Assembly (NCBI GenBank): GCA_013288905.1
Contig: JABDAW010000001.1
Coordinates: 7,723 to 71,722, forward strand
Direction of reading: 5' to 3'
Length of the DNA: 64,000 bases
Origin: Bacteroidota bacterium
Lineage (GTDB): Bacteria > Bacteroidota > Bacteroidia > AKYH767-A > JABDAW01
Shown here: one piece after another, positions 1 to 10,165 of the stretch
How positions within the stretch are numbered: position 1 is the first letter of the stretch
How the letters are laid out: every line of letters starts with the position of its first letter
Made by a program: the position numbers and the translations under genes
Notes under the pieces: generated by a model
Databases searched by the model: none
What the model saw: only the letters and a program-made list of their open reading frames with translations
What the model was told of the DNA's origin: nothing

Positions 1-2700
1 ACAGAATAAGTACCGTTGCTTAATGAAGCAATGTTTTGAGATGTGGCATTATTGCTCCACGAATAACTGTAGTTGGGAGATCCTCCATTGACTGTTAATA
101 TGATGCTTCCATTATTACCATTAAAACAAGATACATTTGTTTGTGTTGTGCTTGTTGTTAATTGTGTTGGTTGGGTGACAGTAACGGAAGTGCTTGCTGT
201 GCAGGAGTTTCCATCTGTAACGGTTATGGAATAAGTACCGTTGCTTAATGAAGCAATGTTTTGAGATGTGGCATTGTTACTCCATAAATAACTGTAGTTA
301 GGAGTTCCTCCATTGACTGTTAAACTGATGCTTCCATTATTACCATTAAAACAAGATACATTGGTAATAGTCGGAGTAATACTAATTGCCGAAGGTTGAT
401 TAACCACGAAGCTATTTGTTGAAACAATATTGTTACTATCCGTTACAGTTATAGTATAAGTCCCTGAAGAAACATTTGAAATGTTTTGCGTAGTTGCGCC
501 ATTACTCCAATTATAGAAATAGGGCGTAATACCCCCGCTGATAGTAATTGATACTGCGCCATTAGCACCGCCATTGCAAGAAGCATCGGTCTCCGTGCCA
601 TTGATAGTTATGGTTGAAGGTTGTGTAATAGTAAAGTTGCTTGTGGCACTACAATTATTCAAATCAGCAACTGTTACATCATAAGAACCTGCTGTTAAGG
701 TATTGATATTTTCGGTTGTGGCACCATTACTCCAAATGAAATTGAATGCAGGAACACCTCCTGAAACAGTTAAATTAATTGCACCATCATTACCACCGTT
801 GTATGAAACATTGGTTGTGGAACCAGATAGATTAAGAGCATTCGGTTCTGTAATAGTTACAGAAGTTGCTACAGTACATTGGTTTGCATCGGTAGCAGTG
901 ACAGAATAAGTTCCAATAGCTAAGGAAGCAATGTTCTGTGTGGTTGCACTATTACTCCATGAATAAGAATATCCTGGGATTCCACCACTAACAGTAAGAT
1001 TAATACTTCCATTATTACCATCAAAACACGATACGTTAGTTTGTGTAGTATTAGTTATTAATTGTGTCGGTTGTGTAATGGTAACAGATGTTGTTACTGT
1101 ACATGAGTTTGCATCTGTAGCTGTTACAGAATAAGTTCCAATAGCTAAGGAAGCAATGTTCTGTGTGGTTTCACTATTGCTCCAGGAATAAGAATATCCC
1201 GGGACTCCACCACTAACAGTAAGATTAATACTTCCATTATTACCATCAAAGCAGGATACATTCGTTTGTGTGGTACTTGTTGTTAATTGGGTCGGTTGTG
1301 TAATGGTAACTGAAGTCGCTACAGTACATTGGTTTGCATCGGTAGCTGTTACAGAATAAGTTCCAATAGATAAGGAAGCAATGTTCTGTGTGGTTTCACT
1401 ATTGCTCCATGAATAAGAATATCCTGGGATTCCACCACTAACAGTAAGATTAATACTTCCATTATTACCATCAAAGCAGGATACATTCGTTTGGGAAGTA
1501 CCTGTCGTTAATTGTGTTGGTTGTGTAATAGTAACTGAAGTCGCTACAGTACATTGGTTTGCATCAGTAGCTGTTACAGAATAAGTTCCTATAGTTAAGG
1601 ATGCAATGTTCTGTGTGGTTGCAGCATTACTCCATGAATAAGAATATCCTGGGATTCCACCATTGACAATAAGATTAATACTTCCATTATTACCATCAAA
1701 GCAGGATACATTCGTTTGTGTGGTACTTGTTGTTAATTGGGTCGGTTGTGTAATAATTACAGAAGTTGTTACAGTACATTGGTTTGCATCGGTGGCAGTA
1801 ACAGAATAAGTTCCAATAGCTAAGGAAGCAATGTTCTGCGTGGTTGCATTATTACTCCAAGAATAAGAATATCCCGGGATTCCACCACTAACAGTAAGAT
1901 TAATACTTCCATTATTTCCATTAAAGCATGATACATTCGTTTGTGTGGTACTTGTTGTTAATTGTGTAGGTTGTGTAATGGTAACTGATGTTGTTACTGT
2001 ACATTGGTTTGCATCGGTGGCAGTAACAGAATAAGTTCCAATAGCTAAGGAAGCAATGTTCTGTGTGGTTGCACTATTACTCCATACATAACTATAAGAA
2101 GGGATTCCACCACTAACAGTAAGATTAATACTTCCATTATTACCATCAAAGCAAGATACATTGGTTTGTGTGGTACTTGTTGTTAATTGTGTTGGTTGTG
2201 TAATGGTAATTGAAGTCGCTACAGTACATTGGTTTGCATCGGTAGCTGTTACAGAATAAGTTCCAATAGCTAAGGAAGCAATGTTTTGTGTGGTTGCTGA
2301 ATTACTCCATGAATAAGAATATCCTGGGATTCCTCCACTAACAGTAAGATTAATACTTCCATTATTACCATCAAAACACGATACATTAGTTTGTGTAGTA
2401 CTTGTTGTTAATTGGGTCGGTTGTGTAATGGTAACTGATGTTGTTACTGTACATAAGTTTGCATCGGTGGCAGTAACAGAATAGGTTTCAATAGCTAAGG
2501 ATGCAATGTTCTGTGTGGTTTCACTATTGCTCCAGGAATAAGAATATCCTGGGATTCCACCACTAACAGTAAGATTAATACTTCCATTATTTCCATTAAA
2601 GCAAGATACATTCGTTTGGGAAGTACCTGTCGTTAATTGTGTTGGTTGTGTAATGGTAACTGATGTTGTTGCTGTGCAGGTAAAACTATCAGTTACTAAA
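1..2700. repeat. Coding tandem repeat, 225-bp (75-aa) period, about 12 copies. The copies between ~900 and ~2650 are near-identical.
   Basis: The anchor acagaataag recurs at 1, 226 (variant), 901, 1126, 1351, 1576, 1801, 2026, 2251 and 2476, exactly 225 bp apart. Confidence 0.9.
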
Positions 2701-4838
2701 ACTGTATAGGGTCCTGCTGCCAGAGAAGTTGCGGGGTTTGTTGTTTCTCCTCCTGTCCATGAATAGGAGTATGGACTTTGACCTGTGGTAACTGTAACTG
2801 TTGCCGAACCATTGCTTCCATTATAACAACTTACATTTGTAAATGCGGAAATGGAAGGATTCGGTAAAGCATGAACTATTATTATTTGAGATGCTGATCC
2901 TGTGCAACCATGAATATCCGTTATTGTTACAATATAATTCCCTGCGGATGAAACATTTATTATTTCATTGATGTTTGCATTATTCCACAGGAAAGAAACA
3001 TAAGGACCGGCATCAAGATTTACAGAATTACCTTGACAAAAAGTTGTCGGACCACTCGGAATGATAACAGGATTTGGTAATTGCCAGAGGGTAATATCAG
3101 TTCCATTGTCTGTTCCGATATTTGCCGGATTGCTGCCTATGACTCGGATTCGATAATGAATGCCGGGGGTAGCATTCAAAGGAATGGTAGCGGAGATAGT
3201 TCCGGTGGTTGCTGAAACTAATGTACCGATAGTAGTCGGGTTATTATTAAAACTCCCTGATGAATCACTAAGTTGTGCGGTATAAGTATTTGGAGCCACT
3301 GCCGCAGTGTCGGTAAAGGTTCCATAAGTATATAAACTCCAAACTCCTGATTGATTCCAGACTCTTACAAAGAGATTATGTGTACCGGCGGCGAGACCTG
3401 TAATGGTATATGGAACATTTACATTCGTGCCGGGACAAATTGCTGTGGTGACTGGGTTGGTATTGATTTGTGATGTAGGCATATTGGCTGTAACATCAAT
3501 GGAATCTCCCATAGTGAAGTTCGGTGATACTGGAAAACCATTGCCAACACCGGGATCATTATCAAAGAAGAATTCTGCTTTTACAATTTCCACAGGTTGA
3601 GTTGTAACAGCAGGGCTGATATAGAAATTCCTTCCTGCATATTGGCTCCAACTGCCACCTTCATTCTGAACTCTGATAAATAAACTATGGAAGCCTGTTG
3701 ATAATCCTGTAGTAGGAATATTGGGACTGCTATCAATAGAATCTGAAGGAATCACAAAACTTATGGCTGTTCCATTACCAAGCCCGGGATCGCTATCAAA
3801 GAAATATTCCCCATTAGTAATTAATTCAGAGGCTTGAGAAGGAGGTGGTGGAATCACATAGAAATTTTGCCCGAAGTATAAACTCCAGGAACCATTAGAA
3901 TTCTCTACTCGAATAAATATAGAATGTTGTCCTTGTGATAAACCTGTGAGATCAATATTTTCAGTAATATCTATTGAATCAGCAGCAGTAAAGGATGGCA
4001 AGGCTGTACCATTCCCAACACCGGGATCGGTATCAAAGAAATATTCAGCATTAGAAATTGGAATTGGAGCATTATTATTGTTAGAAGGACTTACACTAAA
4101 GTTTCTGCCGGTATAAAGACTCCAATCACCATTGGAATTTTGTGTTCTGATAAATAAATAATGCGGACCTGCTCCTAATCCTGTCGTAGGATAATTCCCG
4201 GTTACATCTATCGAATCATTAGGGGAGAAAGTAGGAGGGATTGCCGTTCCATTTCCAACACCGGGATCGGTATCATAGAAATATTCAGCATAAACAATAG
4301 GATATGTCGTGAGGGATGATGCCGGATTAACATAAAAATTTCTTCCTGCATATAAACTCCATTCCCCAAATTCATTTTGACATCGAATAAATAAAGCATG
4401 TATTCCAGTACCTAATCCTGTCGTACTTATTGACTCATTCAAATCAATAGAATCGGCAGCAGTAAAGGAATTTATCGCCGTTCCATTCCCGACACCAGGA
4501 TCGGTATCAAAGAAATATTCGGCATTTGCAATTTCTGTTTGTGTGGATGTAAGAGGTGTCGGACTTAAATAGAAATTTTGTCCGGCATACAAACTCCATG
4601 TACCATTAATATTCTGAACACGGATATATAAAGCATGGTAGCCCAAGCTCATTCCCGTAGTCGAAATGTTCATAGTAACATCCACCGAATCGCCGGAAGT
4701 CAGGGTAATAGCTGTGCCATTCCCCAAGCCGGGATCTGTGTCGAAGAAGTATTCCGCATTAGTAATCTGCTGCCCTATCGCCGGAAGGCAAAGGAGAATA
4801 CTCACGACCACGATGAAAGATGTTATTATCTTTTTCAT
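1..4838 (-). CDS. Giant cell-surface adhesin, N-terminal ~1610 codons only (the ORF runs off the left edge). It has a signal peptide, six ~80-aa AEYFFDTDPGxGNG repeats, one Ig-like CxGxS..NGC module, then at least 12 SprB-type repeats.
   Basis: ATG at 4838 (MKKIITSFIVVVSILLCLPAIGQQ...). My own minus-strand translation stays open down to nt 3. It is absent from the ORF track because no stop lies inside the window. The repeat consensus TNVSCFxGNNGSINLTVSGGxPGYSYSWSN..TTQNIASL..GTYSVTATDANxC matches the SprB repeat family of Bacteroidota gliding/T9SS adhesins. Confidence 0.8.
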   Translation of the reverse strand, partial: MKKIITSFIVVVSILLCLPAIGQQITNAEYFFDTDPGLGNGTAITLTSGDSVDVTMNISTTGMSLGYHALYIRVQNINGTWSLYAGQNFYLSPTPLTSTQTEIANAEYFFDTDPGVGNGTAINSFTAADSIDLNESISTTGLGTGIHALFIRCQNEFGEWSLYAGRNFYVNPASSLTTYPIVYAEYFYDTDPGVGNGTAIPPTFSPNDSIDVTGNYPTTGLGAGPHYLFIRTQNSNGDWSLYTGRNFSVSPSNNNNAPIPISNAEYFFDTDPGVGNGTALPSFTAADSIDITENIDLTGLSQGQHSIFIRVENSNGSWSLYFGQNFYVIPPPPSQASELITNGEYFFDSDPGLGNGTAISFVIPSDSIDSSPNIPTTGLSTGFHSLFIRVQNEGGSWSQYAGRNFYISPAVTTQPVEIVKAEFFFDNDPGVGNGFPVSPNFTMGDSIDVTANMPTSQINTNPVTTAICPGTNVNVPYTITGLAAGTHNLFVRVWNQSGVWSLYTYGTFTDTAAVAPNTYTAQLSDSSGSFNNNPTTIGTLVSATTGTISATIPLNATPGIHYRIRVIGSNPANIGTDNGTDITLWQLPNPVIIPSGPTTFCQGNSVNLDAGPYVSFLWNNANINEIINVSSAGNYIVTITDIHGCTGSASQIIIVHALPNPSISAFTNVSCYNGSNGSATVTVTTGQSPYSYSWTGGETTNPATSLAAGPYTVLVTDSFTCTATTSVTITQPTQLTTGTSQTNVSCFNGNNGSINLTVSGGIPGYSYSWSNSETTQNIASLAIETYSVTATDANLCTVTTSVTITQPTQLTTSTTQTNVSCFDGNNGSINLTVSGGIPGYSYSWSNSATTQNIASLAIGTYSVTATDANQCTVATSITITQPTQLTTSTTQTNVSCFDGNNGSINLTVSGGIPSYSYVWSNSATTQNIASLAIGTYSVTATDANQCTVTTSVTITQPTQLTTSTTQTNVSCFNGNNGSINLTVSGGIPGYSYSWSNNATTQNIASLAIGTYSVTATDANQCTVTTSVIITQPTQLTTSTTQTNVSCFDGNNGSINLIVNGGIPGYSYSWSNAATTQNIASLTIGTYSVTATDANQCTVATSVTITQPTQLTTGTSQTNVSCFDGNNGSINLTVSGGIPGYSYSWSNSETTQNIASLSIGTYSVTATDANQCTVATSVTITQPTQLTTSTTQTNVSCFDGNNGSINLTVSGGVPGYSYSWSNSETTQNIASLAIGTYSVTATDANSCTVTTSVTITQPTQLITNTTQTNVSCFDGNNGSINLTVSGGIPGYSYSWSNSATTQNIASLAIGTYSVTATDANQCTVATSVTITEPNALNLSGSTTNVSYNGGNDGAINLTVSGGVPAFNFIWSNGATTENINTLTAGSYDVTVADLNNCSATSNFTITQPSTITINGTETDASCNGGANGAVSITISGGITPYFYNWSNGATTQNISNVSSGTYTITVTDSNNIVSTNSFVVNQPSAISITPTITNVSCFNGNNGSISLTVNGGTPNYSYLWSNNATSQNIASLSNGTYSITVTDGNSCTASTSVTVTQPTQLTTSTTQTNVSCFNGNNGSIILTVNGGSPNYSYSWSNNATSQNIASLSNGTYS
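3330..4772. repeat. Coding repeat, ~240-bp (80-aa) period, six copies (AEYFFDTDPGxGNGT...G.H.LFIRV.N..G.WS modules).
   Basis: The anchor atcaaagaaatattc (and variants) recurs at ~3551, 3791, 4031, 4271, 4511 and 4741. The translated modules align by eye. Confidence 0.8.
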
Positions 4839-4871
4839 GTTTGTCGTATTAAATTATTTATGACAAACCTC

Positions 4872-5906
4872 TTAGTTCTGCTTCTGTGCTTTGAATTCCA
4901 CATTCAATGTTCCATTCAAAGGAACACTGGCATTATTAATATTCATATAATAGACCTGTGGCAGCGTGGATGCACCGGTAAAGTTCATCGGATAATTGCC
5001 TCCATAAAGTCCTATATCTGTGCCATCGGTTCCGGCATTATGCCCTGTGCCGCCATTCAATCTCCAGTTATAATTTAATAAATTGGGATAATTTTGAGTA
5101 CTTGTCGGGGCATTCACGAAAATGGTATTAGAAGCATTGTTAATGTTATTGCCACCAGAATTATTTCCGTATGGCAAAACATCTGCAGATCCATAAATAG
5201 TAATGTTATTGCTAAAGGAGTTGAAAGAAGTATTTGATGATGAAGAAATATGTGCATAAAAGAAAATATTATTAGAAACGACAGCATAATTGATATTGTT
5301 GAAAGCACCTTCTATAATATTATGGTCAATGATTAATCCTGTACAGGTACCATTTCCACTAATTCCTGATACGATAAAATTCCCCCTGACGATACAACTT
5401 GATACATTATTAAATTCAATAGTAAAACTACTATTTACTACACAGTTTTCAATAACCCATCCATTATTATAAACGTTCATTGTATTTATCCGGCAACGAC
5501 TAATATATACATTGGATGGACTATAATATCCAAAAAAATTATCATAGTTTTGGTTTAATGCATTAGCAATATAAATCCCGATTATCGAACAGCCCGATGC
5601 GCCAGAAGTGGATTGAACAGAATCAAAACCTATTGCATCAACATAAGAATAGAGATTATACTGCGCACTGTCATTATAACCGGCACCAATGAGGGTAATC
5701 CGTTTATTAATGTTGATAGTACCATAATCATTTGTAGAGCCTTGCAAATAAATGGTGTCACCGTTGGAAGATGCCGTTTGAGCACTTGCAAAGGTAGAAA
5801 ACGTTCCTGCTGAAATAGCATTGTTACAAACTGTTCTTACTGAAGCCATAGAGCCTAAAGAACTAAATACGAGCAGCGTTGCTGCGATAAGGTTTAACTT
5901 TTTCAT
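4872..5906 (-). CDS. Secreted right-handed beta-helix repeat protein, immediately upstream of and co-oriented with the SprB-type adhesin.
   Basis: 344-aa ORF with an N-terminal signal peptide (MKKLNLIAATLLVFSSLGSMAS). It has periodic N/G/I-rich turns (IIGIYI, VIENCVV, CIVRGNFI, LIIDHNII, AVVSNNIF) typical of parallel beta-helix repeats. There is a 33-bp gap to the next ATG. Confidence 0.6.
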   Translation of the reverse strand: MKKLNLIAATLLVFSSLGSMASVRTVCNNAISAGTFSTFASAQTASSNGDTIYLQGSTNDYGTININKRITLIGAGYNDSAQYNLYSYVDAIGFDSVQSTSGASGCSIIGIYIANALNQNYDNFFGYYSPSNVYISRCRINTMNVYNNGWVIENCVVNSSFTIEFNNVSSCIVRGNFIVSGISGNGTCTGLIIDHNIIEGAFNNINYAVVSNNIFFYAHISSSSNTSFNSFSNNITIYGSADVLPYGNNSGGNNINNASNTIFVNAPTSTQNYPNLLNYNWRLNGGTGHNAGTDGTDIGLYGGNYPMNFTGASTLPQVYYMNINNASVPLNGTLNVEFKAQKQN

Positions 5907-5995
5907 TTTTTTACTTTTTTAATTAGTTTAATATTTATTTTTAATTTTGAATTTACGAATCCTTGAATTGCTCTTCCGAGACTTTTTTACGAATG

Positions 5996-6003
5996 CAAAA
6001 TTA
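5996..6003 (-). promoter_or_regulatory. Candidate Bacteroidota sigma-A -7 box (TAATTTTG).
   Basis: Exact match to the TAnnTTTG consensus on the minus strand, ~90 bp upstream of the ATG at 5906. Confidence 0.35.
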
Positions 6004-6240
6004 CAGCCTTTTTGCCTCGAGGATAATAGCATAATGATGTGAAATATTTGGGTTTGGAAGGCTTCTTTGTAATGTAGAAATGTTCTAATGGGGTTGGTTT
6101 AATGTGATTGGGGATGACATTGTTTTTTTGGGGGGGGGTAGGTTTGGGAATGAGTTTAAGTGATTGATTAATGGAAATTCAATAGACATTATACCATTCG
6201 TTATTTTGTCTGAAATACTAAAAGGTATGTGTTGACGGTC

Positions 6241-6425
6241 ATTTAGTTTCTTTTGGTCACCATTTAGTTTCTTTTGGTCACCATTTAGTTTCTATTGGTC
6301 ACCATTTAGTTTCTATTGGTCACCATTTAGTTTCTTTTGGTCACCATTTAGTTTCTTTTGGTCACCATTTAGTTTCTTTTGGTCACCATTTAGTTTCTTT
6401 TGGTCGCCAATTAGTATCTTTTGAA
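6241..6425. repeat. Intergenic tandem array, 21-bp unit atttagtttcttttggtcacc, 8 good copies plus 1 degenerate.
   Basis: Copies start at 6241, 6262, 6283, 6304, 6325, 6346, 6367, 6388 and 6409. Copies 3-4 carry a tctattgg variant. Confidence 0.95.
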
Positions 6426-6857
6426 TTATTTTATTCTTCATTTTCTGAAAAATATCGGCTCAACACCCATTAACCTCCAATAGAACAATCAATTCTGGAT
6501 GCCTTGTTTTGAAGAATCAGCCCTTTTGAAGCCTTCAAAACCTGATAAAAGGGATAATTCAGGGCAATTATTCAATTCAAAAAAGAGGGTGATTGAGATT
6601 AAGGGGTATTACAGGCGTTTCTAAGCATTTTTGAATTTCAAATGGACAAAGTGCCACTTGATAGTTTTATTTGAAGGGTTTTTATAGAATATGATCCTTA
6701 GTCAGGACAATCAAATAATAATTGCTTCATTCATAACCTTAATCAAACTGCCAAACTTTCAATAAAAATTTAAAAAGATAGTTGCCTCTTTGAAATAAGA
6801 ACTAAGAAAAAGGGTCTTGAAGAATGGAAAATTTATCAGGAAAAGCTTCCTTGATTA

Positions 6858-9800
6858 CTAATTCTTTCGATAAATAAGATTTAATAAAGCAGGAAAAACG
6901 ATGAGCAGCAGTGGCAGCGCAAGAATTAATCCTCCTATCACCGCGATGGCTAATGGCTGATGCAATTGTGCGCCCGTGCCGATGCCCAAAGCTAATGGAA
7001 GCAAGGCAATGATGGCTCCGGTAGCGGTCATTAATTTCGGACGAAGACGTACAGAGATGGCATAGAGGATGGCTTGTTTATTTTTTAATTCTGTAGTGAT
7101 CCTTCGCCTTGTAGTTTTGAATTGCTGGAAGGTGAAGATGGCATTTTCGGCGATGATTCCTACTATCATGATGATGCCCGTATAGCTGCCCACATTGAGT
7201 GGCGTATCGGTGATGAAGAGCGCAAGAATGCTGCCGGCCGTGCCAAGTATGGCTATCAGAAATATCAGAAAAGCTATTTTATAATCTCTGAATAAGAAAA
7301 TTATTACCGCAAAAACCAGGAGGCTCGCCGCTATAAGGATCATTAATAATTCGTTGAACGATTTCTCTTGTTGAGCATACGCGCCTCCATAAGAAATGTG
7401 GTATCCCGGTGGCATGTGGATGCTGTCGGTTACCTTCCTTTTAATATCCTTCATCACGCTTCCAAGGTCACGATTGTCAAGGCGTGCCGTCACTGCCACC
7501 ATATTCTCAAGGTTCTCTCTTTGAATCTCCGCTACGCCAGGTTTTATTTCATAATCTGCAAATTCTGTAAAAGGTTTTAGTTTGCCACCAGGCAGGAAAA
7601 TAAACTGGTTCTTCAGATCCTTCACAGTATTTGATTTGTTATGAGGATAGACCATCCTGATATTGGTTAATTGTTGATTCTCGACGATAGTTCCGATTAT
7701 ATTTCCTTCAAGCTGAGTCTGCAACTGGAACTGGAAATTGTTAGGAGAAATAGAATATTGACCGAGCTTCACGAAGTCAGGTTTTACATTGACATAAGGA
7801 CCCGCGATGGTGATTCCATTGAATACATCGGCAGTGCCTTTGGTGCTATCTACTATGGTTTCGACCTTCATCGCATATTCCTTTAATTCATCCTGATTAG
7901 GACCATAGATTTTTACTTCGACAGGCTGGGCAGAAGACATCAGATCACCCAGCATGTCGCCGATTATCTGTCCGAATTCAATGGTCAATGCAGGTTGAGT
8001 GGCGAGGATTTGCTGGCGGATATCATCAATCACTTCATCGGTAGTTTTCTTGCGGTCTTTCTTTAATTGAATCAGATAATCACCCCTGTTGGGCTCCGTT
8101 AAAAAGAAACCCATCTCCGTTCCGGTACGTCTTGAATAAGCCTCTACCTCAGGGACTTTGATGATGAGCTTCTCTACCTCACGAAGCATCCTGTCAGTCT
8201 CCTCAAGAGAAGTTCCTGGAGGCGATTTGTAGTCAAGCACAATGGTTCCTTCGTCCATATCAGGCAGGAATCCTGTTTCTAATTTAGGATAGATAATACA
8301 TACCGAAACGATTAATCCAACAATAAAAAGAATACTCAAAACAGGTCGCTCAACAAAGAAAGAAACCCAGCCTTTGCTGATAAGGTTTTCGGCATCATCA
8401 TCAGCTTTGTGGATAAACTTTTCAGAGATGGTTAATTCATCGGCACCTGCAAGATTTTCTCTTCTCGAAAGTATTAAATAAATCACCGGAAGAGCCAGCC
8501 ATGTGACAAAGAAAGAACTCACCAAAGTAAATATCATAGTATTGGTAAGGACATTGAAATAAGCCCCGGCGACACCTCCCATCAAAAAGAAAGGAACAAA
8601 AATAACGATGGTGCTGATGGATGATCCCACCATCGTCGGGAAGAGATATTTGATAGAGCGAACGATGAGAATAGAAGAACGCTCATGAGGATATTCTTCA
8701 TGGGTTCGATGTATCTGTTCTGTCACGACTATGGCATCATCAATGATTAAAGCGATGGCTGCTGCGATGGCACCCAGGGTCATTATGTTGAAAGTATATC
8801 CGAATGCATAAAGCAATATCAATGTCAATCCCAAAGTCAATGGGATAGTCAATAATATAGTAATACTCGCCTTCCACGAACGAAGGAATATTATAGATAC
8901 CGAGATAGCCAGCAACAGTCCTATCCACAGGCTATCTGAAACACTTTTAATTGTTGTATTAACGAAGTCAGCTTGAATGTAATATGGTTTTAATTCTACT
9001 TTAGGAGGAAGAATTTTAGCAAGTTCCTTGACCTTATCTTCCATATCATTTGATACATCCAACAGGTTTGCATTGGGCTGACGAAAGACATTTATCAATA
9101 AAGCTTCCTTACCATTAGCATTGATTTTAGTGTATTCCACCTGCTCTTTTATATTAACTTCGCTGATATCTTTTAATCTGGTAACTCTTTTTCCATCGTT
9201 TTTAATCACGACATTCTCAAGATCTTCTTTGCTGTAAATCTGGGCATCCGTGAGGGTGAGATACAACCTTCGATAATCTGTCGAGTAGCCATTAGAATTA
9301 ATGAAGTTGGTCTGGCTAAGAACGGTATTAATTGTATCGGGAGTTATGGACAGCGCACTCATCTTGTGAATATCCGGCATCACCCAATATTCTTTGGTTT
9401 TGCCCCCGATAACCTTCACACTTGCCACACCATCAACTTGAGACAGGAAAGGTTTGATGAGGGTATTAGCGATAATTTTTAATTCGATAGCACTCTTAAC
9501 ATCGCTCTCCAAAGTATAACCCATTACAGCAAGTGCGGCTGGGTTCATCTTGACCACCATAATATTCAAATCATTTGGAAGGACATTTCTAATCTCCGCA
9601 ATCTTTGATTCCATCATTTGCTGGCTCAAATCCATGTCAGCCTTCCAATCCATATATGCAGAAATCTCACAGCTTCCTCTGCTGGTAGTGCTTTGAATCA
9701 ACTTCAAATCATGAACCTGCTTGATGGCATTCTCAATAGGTTTGGTAACAGTTACCAAAGTCTTTTCTACAGGCTGTTCACCATTATCAACAATGATTTT

Positions 9801-9929
9801 TATCTTAGGAAAAGTAATCTCCGGAAACAAAGAAGTCTTGATGTTTACAAAAGAAAATACCCCACCAATAACCACTATCAGCATCAGGAAGGTTATCGAA
9901 TTTTTATGCCTTATGTAAAAATGTCTCAT
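6858..9929 (-). CDS. RND efflux transporter permease subunit (AcrB/CzcA superfamily).
   Basis: ~1023 aa with 12-TM RND topology and two large periplasmic loops. The N-terminus MRHFYIRHKNSITFLMLIVVIGGVFSF is typical for the family. I prefer the ATG at 9929 over the track start at 10001, which would add a non-hydrophobic 24-aa extension. Confidence 0.85.
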   Translation of the reverse strand: MRHFYIRHKNSITFLMLIVVIGGVFSFVNIKTSLFPEITFPKIKIIVDNGEQPVEKTLVTVTKPIENAIKQVHDLKLIQSTTSRGSCEISAYMDWKADMDLSQQMMESKIAEIRNVLPNDLNIMVVKMNPAALAVMGYTLESDVKSAIELKIIANTLIKPFLSQVDGVASVKVIGGKTKEYWVMPDIHKMSALSITPDTINTVLSQTNFINSNGYSTDYRRLYLTLTDAQIYSKEDLENVVIKNDGKRVTRLKDISEVNIKEQVEYTKINANGKEALLINVFRQPNANLLDVSNDMEDKVKELAKILPPKVELKPYYIQADFVNTTIKSVSDSLWIGLLLAISVSIIFLRSWKASITILLTIPLTLGLTLILLYAFGYTFNIMTLGAIAAAIALIIDDAIVVTEQIHRTHEEYPHERSSILIVRSIKYLFPTMVGSSISTIVIFVPFFLMGGVAGAYFNVLTNTMIFTLVSSFFVTWLALPVIYLILSRRENLAGADELTISEKFIHKADDDAENLISKGWVSFFVERPVLSILFIVGLIVSVCIIYPKLETGFLPDMDEGTIVLDYKSPPGTSLEETDRMLREVEKLIIKVPEVEAYSRRTGTEMGFFLTEPNRGDYLIQLKKDRKKTTDEVIDDIRQQILATQPALTIEFGQIIGDMLGDLMSSAQPVEVKIYGPNQDELKEYAMKVETIVDSTKGTADVFNGITIAGPYVNVKPDFVKLGQYSISPNNFQFQLQTQLEGNIIGTIVENQQLTNIRMVYPHNKSNTVKDLKNQFIFLPGGKLKPFTEFADYEIKPGVAEIQRENLENMVAVTARLDNRDLGSVMKDIKRKVTDSIHMPPGYHISYGGAYAQQEKSFNELLMILIAASLLVFAVIIFLFRDYKIAFLIFLIAILGTAGSILALFITDTPLNVGSYTGIIMIVGIIAENAIFTFQQFKTTRRRITTELKNKQAILYAISVRLRPKLMTATGAIIALLPLALGIGTGAQLHQPLAIAVIGGLILALPLLLIVFPALLNLIYRKN

Positions 9930-10165
9930 TGATTTTTCTTTTTCTGCGGCGGTAAAAATAGACAATGTCCGTTGAATTCGTATTACTTTAGAATGATTCA
10001 ACGATAAAGAGATTCAACGACCATCTTCAACTTACACTCCATCAACTTAAAGAAGATTTATCCGGTTTTGAAAACGGCTTTACCTTTGCCATTCAAAAGC
10101 CATAGGGAAAATGGAAGTCTTGAAAAAGGTATCCTTCAAAACGAAAATGAACCCCTTTTTATCCC

